This document shows, in pieces, positions 44,300 to 54,300 of a stretch of DNA of 64,000 bases (its first letter is position 1; each line of letters starts with the position of its first letter). Position numbers and translations under genes: made by a program. The stretch spans positions 551,739-615,738 of the forward strand of contig JAQGDQ010000108.1 in NCBI GenBank assembly GCA_030141605.1. Reading direction: 5' to 3'. The notes beneath the pieces were generated by a model, which had not been told where the DNA came from, made no database searches, and worked only from the letters and a program-made list of their open reading frames with translations. This DNA comes from Tubiluchus corallicola (Eukaryota > Animalia > Priapulida).

Positions 44300-45110
44300 C
44301 CCCTCTCTCACCCTCTCTCACAACATTTATTTAACGAATATTACAAATGCGCCTTACTCACCTGTGTGTCTCCATAAATCACACGCACTTCATGGCGTGT
44401 AAGGAGACTCAAATGATTATTCATGTCACTGAGGGCTACCTGCACAGCTGGTACCATGCCAGCCGCCAAGAGACCTTTTCCTGAGATAGATAGCAAGCCA
44501 GCAATGTAGATGGGTACTTTAGTTTTATCGCACGGTTCCAATGTACTATTCTCTATAGGCGTGATGAACATGCATTCTTCACCAAGGCACATTCTCATTA
44601 GCAGGAAAACTGGAAAACAACAGTGTTGCGATCTGAATAAAATAAAATTGCTCGCTGATATGGCCACGGGAAGCCGGAAGACAAATTAGAAAAGTGTTTT
44701 TCGTTAACAGAGTTTAATAATTTTGAAAAAAGAAAAAGGTGTATAAAGAAATGTACATAACTGTTAATAATGATTCGACAGTTATCGGAATTTAAAAATA
44801 TCATCCTTACAGAGACTTTACAAAGTCTAGTGGCAAACCTTCTGGACAAGGTCGACTAGCTTAAGTAAACGCAAACATTTATCAGCTTTCACTTTTAATG
44901 TGCACACTTGTTTAGTGAACTTTTATTTCAGTCTAAAAAGACGAATCTGAATACAAACAATTAAATGCCAGCAGAATACAAATAAAAATGGATACAATCT
45001 TACGTAACATCATTAAAAACAGTATTTCATGCGCATTTATTATAGAACTAAAATATTTGCTTACCAAATGCGTGAAGTCCTAAACACACGGATGTTAATT
45101 TGGTCTCCAT
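22829..45110 (-). CDS. GABA-B receptor-like class C GPCR (gene B), 18 exons, about 824 aa: signal peptide, Venus flytrap, 7TM, coiled-coil tail
   Basis: Exons: 45110-45065, 44609-44362, 43260-43123, 40590-40420, 39693-39592, 38857-38792, 38554-38369, 37964-37722, 36632-36566, 35927-35844, 35411-35252, 34450-34315, 33580-33470, 33079-32957, 32528-32389, 29947-29755, 23768-23604, 22924-22829. All phases are compatible and the frame is open. Motifs: AYDTVW, PPRD, IKLSSPRVNNII, GFTLSFGGLFSKTWRVY, WQVIDPL, YAYKGLLLLIGAFLAVETR, LNDSKYIG.AIYNV, VFLPK. Linkage of the last two exons across the SDR cluster is less certain. Confidence 0.9.
24060..24251 (+). mobile_element. Probable LINE (L2/CR1-like) 3' end with AATAAA and a (GCCTT/AGCTT)n tail
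   Basis: ...CCCGGAATAAAA...GCCTTGCCTTGCCTTAGCTTAGCTT. Similar tailed ends occur at about 40045-40110 (-, (TTGAA)n) and about 55320-55362 (+, (ATCTA)n). Confidence 0.45.
24802..25133 (-). pseudogene. SDR copy 3: 5'-truncated DHRS4/DHRS2-like fragment (YxxxK to intact C-terminus)
   Basis: PGVGLYSVTK...RRLGQPEEVAG...GGGFPTRL*. Near-identical to copy 2, including several hundred bp of 3' flank (about 24252-25133 versus 25357-26183); no N-terminal Rossmann fold. Confidence 0.85.
25872..26676 (-). pseudogene. SDR copy 2: DHRS4/DHRS2-like with a 19-bp frameshifting deletion near the 3' end
   Basis: ATG at 26676; TGSTYGIG, SNAG and YSVTK present. Relative to copy 3 it lacks GGGTTGTCCCAAACGTCTC (CTC microhomology) at about 25970, giving a frameshift, a stop at 25918 and loss of the ...PTRL terminus. 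Confidence 0.8.
27176..27991 (-). CDS. SDR copy 1: intact classical short-chain dehydrogenase/reductase, DHRS4/DHRS2-like, intronless CDS, 271 aa
   Basis: MATFSSKKPHKGKVAVVTGSTYGIG (TGxxxGxG), basic SRS cofactor loop, catalytic YSVTK, IRVNAVAPG, DASYITGETI, C-terminal TRL (PTS1-like, as in DHRS4 SRL and DHRS2 TRL). Confidence 0.92.
   Translation of the reverse strand: MATFSSKKPHKGKVAVVTGSTYGIGYSIARRLAQDGASVMICSRSKENVEKAVEMLKAEGLIVNGTVCDVLKESDWKSLIDQTIETFGGVDIFVSNTGGGRTLEKLGGIVGPMMDVTEEGWDAMMKFNLKAGFFIAKLAAASMESRGGGNIIFNSSIWGYKACAGCELVPGSGLYSVTKTAILGLVQAMAPQCAEKGIRVNAVAPGLIETPLVSYLKNMPEATAAYLNRCPMRRFGQPEEVSGMVSFLCSNDASYITGETICIHGGFPTRL
30612..31070 (+). mobile_element. Dispersed repeat, copy 2
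   Basis: Homologous to 16718-17135; a shorter diverged piece lies on the minus strand at about 49430-49520. Confidence 0.8.
31272..32368. mobile_element. GC/CpG-rich insertion (possible non-autonomous Helitron-like element) followed by a compound (GA)n tract
   Basis: Abrupt rise in GC/CpG after TATATATAAG; contains ATATATCAAACGAAAGGTCTCG. The (GA)n tract 31910-32368 has an internal duplicated block (GGGAGAGAGAAAGCGAGCAAGAGCAAGAAAGCGAGA x2). Class is inferred. Confidence 0.5.
44163..44320. repeat. (CA)n/(CT)n compound microsatellite
   Basis: Direct reading. Confidence 0.95.
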
Positions 45111-46495
45111 GTTTCTCTGTAAGCGCTCGGGTGACACTACAATTTTCGACGCATAAAAACATGCAGACGAAAATTATTGCACGTGAAATTTAATGTTTAT
45201 TTATGTCAAAAAATTCGTTCCATTCAACGTCCATGACGGTGACGTAATAAAAAGTCTTATAGCATTGGTATGCATGCATAACGCAAGTAAATCATACACA
45301 ACAAGCTCTGCTGTGCTCACGCAGGCGTTTGGAACCTTTAACAAATGGACCAATCGTCACTTATTCTGTGTTCATCAAGTTCTGCGGTCGTTTAAACGCA
45401 ATGAAAAATACCTCAATTATAGTGATTTAGACTTTAATTTGTAGCCAATTTGTCTATGCTCGCACGTGCTTACGTTCATGTGATATTCGTTAATGCATCC
45501 ATCCAAACAATCAACTTCCTATTTCTAAAACCAAAGGGAAACAAAAGGGCGAAAAATCAGAAAAGGTGTAGGAAAGGTGGAAAAGAATGAGAAATGAGTT
45601 ATGCAATCGCAAAAATCACAATGGCGAAGGATATAATAGGTTTAGCAAGCGCCTTCAAGCTTTTCTCTTATGAGATTGAGAAATATATGCAGACAGCAGC
45701 GTATTGTGGTTGAAGCCACGCCCAGGAATGAAGCAAAGTACAAATGCACAAAACAATCTTGCATGAGAACATTTCAACATGCGGCATGCCTAACATTGAG
45801 TAAATAAACACTCTCGAATTAATCACGTGTGCGTCCGTATCCGTGCAAACGCTCAAATTTAGTTTTCCAGTTAATTAAGCAACAATAATTGAGTAGCAGA
45901 TCAAACAGTACAATTAAAATCACTATAGCTAATTAAAAGTAAATAAGTTAATGAAGCCTCTCTAATTACGAAAATATATTTGCTCTTCGATCTGTTTCTG
46001 CAACGCACAAACAATCACTAATGAGTTTTTGTACGACGTACCACAGGAACTGATTACAGGTGTGTAGAACAAGTTAATAATACACTAAATCATACGTCAG
46101 GTGTTTCCACAATAATCATAATCGTTAGAACGGGTAAAATGGTATCTTGCTCTGCAATAACAATCACTTTCCCAAAGGGCCACTTGTTCGTGTTAAATTC
46201 ACACAATGCAATACGCAGCGGTAGACATGCCCACTATTAAGGCAAATTCTAATCATGATACGTTAGGGTATATGAATTATTGTTATATAGTAGTGGATTT
46301 CCTCATCCACACTTAAACTTTGTCGGCTTCATCAAAGATGAAACATAACGTTCGCTGCGAAATGGTATTGATGACGCCAAATAATCGGTGCAGTGACGTA
46401 CGCGCGGGTTGATCAAGCCATGCGCGAATGAAATTTGATAAATCAAAAGTTTAATACAACATGCTACTGATAACATTTTTGATAATGAAGCTTTT

Positions 46496-49400
46496 TCACG
46501 AATGTGACAGAAAGTTAGATTCAAAGTTGCGTTCGAAGTTCGTCTGGAGACCTGAAATATAGAAAACCTTAGGGTTCAAATTTAGCAACCAAAATTTGCG
46601 ATATAATGTATCAGAGTTATATATGCCTACGCTGATGCAAGAAACAAAACCAACAAGACCAGCAGCTTCTCTGGAACTCATTACCATAACTGACAACAGG
46701 GTTTTAATGTCTACAGATAATATTATGTACCATGTTGTGTCGAAATCCCAGTCGCCAACGATAAAATTAGATAAATGAATATTGAAACCTAACTACCAAA
46801 GTAACAAAATGGTAGTAGTATAGTAATAATAAAACAATAATACTAAGTGTACTTCTCTTTTTATTATAATAAGGATTATAAACATGTCTAAACAGAAGCA
46901 ATTAAGGCTTTGGTCTGACAAGAACACGTGAATACAACGTAATATATGACAATGTAAGTTCTAAGGCAACTCATAACGACAAGCGTAACACAGATGACGG
47001 TATCAAAAAATCTACTTATTCTACAGGGTGTTCCGCAAGAAACAAGGCAGTAGAAATATGTTGACATGGATATATTGGAAATGTACAAAAATCAAGTTAT
47101 AAGGTAAGAAAATTTGAATTATGCAAATACACTATTTTTAGCTATATTTTTACGTCATTATTACGATATCATAACGCAGAAGTGATTTTGGGCAAAACAA
47201 CAAGTGTTGCTCAAAGCATCCAACCGAATGAACCGCGTGTTTTTCATGATACTAGCATGCAACATTGCTCCTGTATGTGTGTGCAAGTTAGTGTTGAACA
47301 CTATCTCTTACTATACAACTTAATGCACAATTACGTTTCATTGTAATTTGAACAACATATTTCTACGTACTGTTTTTTCCTAAACACTCTGTATAAAGAA
47401 ATAACGAAACGTTATTTTTTATGAAAAATGCATTAAAGCAAGCACGATATCTTTTAACAAACTACATATTTTAAAGGTTGACACGCCTATATTGATTGGT
47501 CAACGTTGTGGAAAAAGTAATCTTGCTAATGACCTTTCCTAGGGACATAAATGCGATATTAAGGCATATTTTTTCAATTATACAAAATTATACACATTTT
47601 CTCAGATTTTTTTCAGTAAGACAGCAAACAAGCAGATAGTGTTTAGCTGAGTTATTTGGGTCTTGTATGAACTACTGGAAAATAATGTCTTGCGTGATCC
47701 ATTGACCCAACTTCCGCCTCTAATTAGACTGGTTATTTTTGTTCGTCTGAGACCTTCTTATAATACTTGTGAGTTTGATGCACAACAAATAAATATTATT
47801 CATCTCCACGGTAAGTGTTGAAAACTGCAAAGAATAACAATCTATCCTGCAGGTGCGCAAACAACCTGCGATATTACGTGTTAAGTTTTCGCGCGAAACC
47901 TATGAAACACACAACATAGGATCCATTATAAACATTGATGTCTTCTTTTCTTCATTTGTTATGAACTTTATATAGGTCAATATGAGACCAAATAATTACC
48001 AGTGACTTATAATAATTTATTATATGGAAACCTCAGATAACTATTTCATCAACAATATGAGTTTTGTACTACATACTGTATAAATTAGCGTGGCATGTCA
48101 CGACCGGTTAAAAACGAAAGCGGGGATTTTTAAGGGACGCGTCCCAGTTATACACCACCAAAACCTCGCTACAAAGATAAATATCGAGTAATGGATTTTT
48201 ACAGTGAGTCCAGCTTCGAGAAATCACCATTTTTGAGATGAATCCAAAGCTTTTATTGAATACAATCCAAACAGTATACGTAAACTGGTTAATAAAGAAT
48301 AATTTAAATACCCACAAAAGTAGTTATTGAAAGGAGTAAATGAAAATGCACTACACAAAAAATTTTGCTTGCCATCAGTAACTGGCCATTTATGATATCC
48401 TACATTCTATATTCACTCACCTATAGTAACACCTACTATATGCACGGTCAAAAGTCATGCCTGTAATTCGGTTGGCAACATCAATTTTAAAACAATTTAC
48501 ATAACTTTTGAATTTTTAATTGATGTCATTCAATTTACTTAATGATAATCATTTCATGCACCTACCGTTACTCCTTGTCCACTGACGTTACTCATCGAGT
48601 CAAAAATTAGCTGCCCCATAATTTTATTTCGATACGAAAAGTTTTCTAAACGTCTAGTTGGATTCATTGTTTGAAGCTGCGCATTGGTTTTGTTCAGCGC
48701 CATAGCTAGTGCTAATATGGAATCGTATGCAAAAGGTCCAGTGACACTCGTGTCAGAGCCACGATCGAGTAAATGCAAGTCGCGGTATATTTCACCAATT
48801 TTCTGTAAGAAAATTAAACCGTGCTAAACCAAAAGAGAACAATGGTACTTGTGCTCAATTTGAGAGTAGCTTGTAATACTGTCGAGCATCAAGATGGGAC
48901 GATGCCTACTGTGAGGAACCCAATGTATTATCTAACAGTATTGTTTAAGTTTAAAGCGCGCTATGTAGGATAAATGAAGAGGTAGCACTTCTATCGTTTC
49001 CAGGACCGTGAAAAAAGTTTGTGAGCACTACCGCACCATGTAATAATGTCAGTTCCGCAATTTCAGAATAATTAAATATTTCAGACAAAGAAACGCACTT
49101 TTTGAGACAGCTATACCGAGGAGAATTTAAACATTCCATTTCAAGCTCCTAGAGGTCAGCACAATGATGGTACAACTGATTTTCCCTATTTATTCTTTGC
49201 CTAGGTTTCACTTTAAAGAACAAGAAAAGGGGTACCCGATGTAGGTTTCAGAAAAATCGCCTTAACAGTTATATTGCTTTACAGCATTTTTATGCATACA
49301 TCTTACTGACGTTAAAAGGAATTTTTGTTTGCTTTCATTTTAAATCTCCCATAATACTGTTCCGAAGTCGTCATTACATGACGTCACCTACGCAAACGTA

Positions 49401-51277
49401 AATCAGGCGAAGAAAAGGTAATGTTAAATTATGTAAAAAAAACTTTCCGTGCAAATCTATATTACTTAGCATTTGGCTAGCCTGCTGGAAAGACTTATCT
49501 AACTAAAAACAATAATTTAGATTGATCGTGCCAATTGGCAAAATGGCCCACTTTCCAGGATGCGCCACCCACTAACCAAAAACATATTTTAAATCTTATT
49601 GACAAGATGCAGTAACTCAAGGTTTTACTTAGTTAGTAACATGTGTGCTTTGCATACTCTAGTATTTTTTCAAACTTCACACAATGTTATCCAAACTTGT
49701 TTCAAACTACCTACTATTAAAATAGTAGCCCCTAACAGTCATTGCGGGAATTTAAATGTACAAGTTTTATACAGTGTTACTACCGACCCAAGCCCAGCAT
49801 GTAAAAAGGCAGTATATAAGTGGTATGAAATTTCAAGATGAATTTTTAGGCTTTATGTAAGTGAAGGGTTTAACATTTGTTAAAGGTCAGCTATTCATTC
49901 AGCTATACAGTCATTAGGCCTATTGCATTTCCTCTTTTAGTTTTGTTGAAAAAGCTGCAAGTCTTTCCTCCTAAGTTGTTTGCAGCATTGAGCTGCACAG
50001 TGAGATCGCCAAAATGAATGAGTATTTTCAGTGTAATTAGGTTACACTGATCTCTACTCTAAACGTTTTATTTTTTTACCTTTCCAGAAATTGTTTTGAC
50101 ATCATAATCCTTAGCAGTGACTTTGCTATCTGTGACATGAATGATGCTGTCAGCCACAATAGTTATCAAGTTTTGATCCATTTTATTCTTGCCATTAATC
50201 TCGTATTTGTATTGGTCCAACCAATTGCGTGAGGTTCCACTTGTCATCCATACATAACGCTGTCCATACATTCCTGCTTCGTGCATCTAAGAAAATGAAC
50301 GCTGTCACCGACTTTTTTGTGTTTAGTTTAAGCGAAAATATTTACTAATTTCTATTGTTACTTTTTGCAATTTTATTACTGCTTTTGTATACTTCGCAAT
50401 TTATAAACACAAAAAATTGATTAATAGATTATTCAATAATGCGAAAACTTATGACTACTTCTACAAACTTCTCACCGCTGATAGTAGATGGAGCCACGAG
50501 CCGTCAACAATTAGGCAAAGAAAAATCCGTACATCCAACCCCTAGAACGATGTTCAAGTTATTTTATTGTCAAATTAATTTTAACGATATAACGCTAATG
50601 AAAAGAAAAGGTTGTTCTACTAATGATACCCAAACATTTGCGTTAGAATCAGAAGTTACCGTCAATTTGATATAAGACATTAAGACTGACCGACACTACT
50701 GATGTGTTATTGCTAGCTAAGTATTTATATAAAAGAAAACCCGATAGATTCATTCACGTCTTAATAGGGTAATTACGTACGTAAAAAGCCATATAGACAT
50801 AGCATTAAAACTAGTTCTTAAGAAATGACGACGATAAAAAATACCCCTTGACAACAGAATCAGGAAGCGGCATGAAAGGCTAGCATGTTAATAAATGGGA
50901 TGTTTCAAAAGTCACTCTTTTTTCTACAAATTTGCTAAAAATCATTGGCAATTACAACGAAAACCTAAACTGATAATTTGGTCGCCGACTCTCAGAAAAT
51001 ACATTCCCAACTTGGGTTCAACAGTCTACTGTTCACATTCCGCAAATAATAATTTATCTTAATAAGAAATAAATATCGTAACATGAAATAGATTGTTATT
51101 ATTAACAAAAGAAAACCGAGGTAAATAAATTGTGCGCACATTTAGCCATGTCTTCTTTTAACCGTAATAAAAAATGTAGTTATTATATTTTTATTGACTT
51201 GGTATTGACTAACCAGGTATTGACTTGGTTAATAGAAAACGTGATCCCTTCAAATAAAGCTTTTCTTCGTCTGTTTC

Positions 51278-51332
<55 letters not shown>

Positions 51333-54300
51333 TCAAAAAATAAAAAAGTTTAATCATTCCCACCGTGCCGAAACACGAAGCAAATATACACATTAAATTA
51401 CTGTACACTCTACAACACGGCTTAGTTTTGAACGTTGAGGTTTAAAATTTATTTAGCATAACCACAATTTGTTACCCGTCCTGTTTCCTATGCAAAATTC
51501 AAGCCTATCTGTATCGAAAAAGATCGACCAAAATTGATCACGTATCGACCTTTTAGTCGTTTTTCGACCAGTCGTCTATGCTATTTATGTCTGTTGTCAA
51601 CTGCACAACCTTTCGGCTAAAAAAATTTTCAAAAAGAGCGAAACGTTAAAGAGTTACTAGAACAAAAAGTGCTTTTGGTCCTGCCGACGAAGGACGCTGA
51701 CAATGTTTTACCAATTTTTGCTTATACAAAAATGCTCAGAAAATGGCACTTCATTAAGGTTAAAGTATTTTAAACTTTTGGTAGTATAAGATACCGTCAT
51801 TGACCTTCAACTTCAGTAGTATTTCTGTTAAGTTGTTTCGAAGATGTTCCTTAGTCACCACAGTTATGTTAGTTTCATATAGCATGTTAGCTAAGAGTTG
51901 ACTTGCCTGAAATAAATATAGAAGAAAATCATGGTTCCATTGAACAGCAGTAATCACAATTGTAATTGTTAAGAATCCAAAAACGATCGCTTTCACGGTG
52001 GCATCGAGTACGAATAGGGGGAAGAAGAGGAAAATTTTACCGGTAAGGTTGATGACGACAATGACGACGTTAACAAGAAGTTGTGTAATAGTGAGCACAG
52101 CAATAATGTTCTAACTACTGAAAATAATCTGACAGTTATTTGTGATGACTGTAGCGCTAACGACGATGACGACTAGATAATGATATCAGTAACAAATAGC
52201 AGTATTAAGTTGTCAGCAAATGACCGCCTAACTAATATAACACAGTTGTGAATAACAATAAATGTGTCAAACTGGACGTGTCCCCGCGCTTAATTGTCAC
52301 TGTCTGGACAGAAACAAATGTCATTTTCACATCATATGATCTGTGAGCTTAATTACTCTCGACATTCGAAACTCGGGTATATATTATTAAACATTCTGTT
52401 AAAGCCCGTGACAATATAATACCTACGGAATTGTAAGTTTGCGTGTTGTCATGCATGACGGCGACCCTCTGCCAATTGTACGCTTTGGTTAACAGGATCA
52501 TCGATGTGATTCTTGCCTTCAAGCCAACAGAACAGCGAAATAAATATGGAAACTCGAATCTGTTTGACAGGTCTTGGCTCTGGGCTAATGACGATATCTG
52601 CAATTCATAAAAAGGGGTTCAATATTAAGAGAAGATGTACAACTGAGCGTGGATTGGACACGCCTACCGATTCAGTGTCTTATCTTAGGCATATTTCACA
52701 GTGAAGATGCAAGGAAAATAACTCATGGAATTGCAGTTAGAAAATCACAAATATTTAGAACATTTTCGATTTTTTCTCGAGATCGAATGCAGAAAGAAAG
52801 TTCATTTCACAGTGAAAACGCGCTGGTTTTTTCCGCGCGTCCAGTTAGTTGCAGCTATTTGCGAGTTTTATACTGTATAACATGTCTAAGTAATACTTGC
52901 CGTATTTCTTACACACAAATGTAACGTCAATGTAATGTCAGGCCTGTTTATTTTTTAGTAAAGTTCTACTAACCACTCCAAAATCTGAAAAGGTACATAC
53001 ATAAAATAAATACATGCGTGCGTTATTTTTCTTTTTCACAAATACAAATATCGATGTTGCATGAATAAAAACATAAAATCGTCATTCTGTTATGAGAGAC
53101 ATTGGGGTAAAATGGGCTAATGTCGCACAAAAATGGCTTTTTTAGGTTTCTATCTATATTTTTTACAATTTTCTTTGAATAATGCCTGATAAACTAAAGC
53201 TATGCTGCTAAGGAGTCGGGAAGTACAGAAAAAGCGAAAATGTAAAATGCTGTGATAATTTTAAAAATGTTTTCCTACGCCATGTCAAAAAATGGGGTAA
53301 TGTCGGACAGTTGGTAGGATAGCGTTGGCCACGTAATTAACAACTTTGTGGTTATGGCATTTAAATTATTTTAAATGGTTTGTAACATCGAGATTGATCA
53401 GTGACGACATGAGAGATGCTTTAGAATAAAGTAGGCAAGTGCTAATGCCCTCACAGACATTTTCTCCGTGTTGTTATGGCAGATTGCATTTAATCATAGC
53501 TCCACTGCAACAACCTTCCTCTCTTATTCTTTAAGTCTGTTATATGTGCAGCACTTTTGCCAACCGTTTCTATAAGGTTTTCTCCCCATGTTTCTAGAAC
53601 TATTAAACCATATTCTTTTTACATATTGGCTCAAATGGCCAAAAAATAGTGTCATTAGGCCAAAAAAAACACAAACAATTAATTCTGGCGAAAAGTCGCT
53701 CACAAAGATTCAACTGTCCGACATTCGCTTAGGCCTTCGGGTAAAGTCGGACACTGCTTCAGTGAGTTGTACAATAAACAAACAAATATGTTACTTTGTA
53801 AAGTGTGGTATGAAAGTATATGGGAAGAAATAGCTTACAAAATAAACCATTTCTGAAGAGGCTGCTGTAACTAATTAAGGCGTTAGGTCTATTTATCAGC
53901 ATATTTAAAAAAGTTAATACAATTGATGATAAACGTACTCACTGAGTGAGCTTGTAAGTTCACGATCACATGGCTGCTAAAAGATGAAGTGCTAGGCCAT
54001 GGTGAAAATGCCAGTCTAAAGACAAGATGTAGCAGTATTAACAATGAAATGAAACATCAACGTCCAGGTAATTTAATAGGTTTTAGGAAAACGTAAAGCT
54101 CATTGTCCCACATTAGCCCATTAACCCTAAAATCTTATTATTTTATGCTGAAATGCGTTAATGGTTGTTCGTTAAGTAAGAAAGAGGTAATAGGGTAGTT
54201 AAATTTAAGACTAAATCCCGCGAAGACTCACGAAAATGGAACATGTAGTATTTCTACCATGCTGCAAAATTCCTCACGAGGAGGACGCATAGCCTTAATC

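Noticed and set aside
46496-46780. Degenerate TM6/TM7 for gene A (...VGIYN...NPKV)
   Set aside because: It lacks LNDS and a proper hydrophobic TM7. The hydrophobic-looking part is better explained as a polypyrimidine acceptor, and the rest as the last VFT strand.
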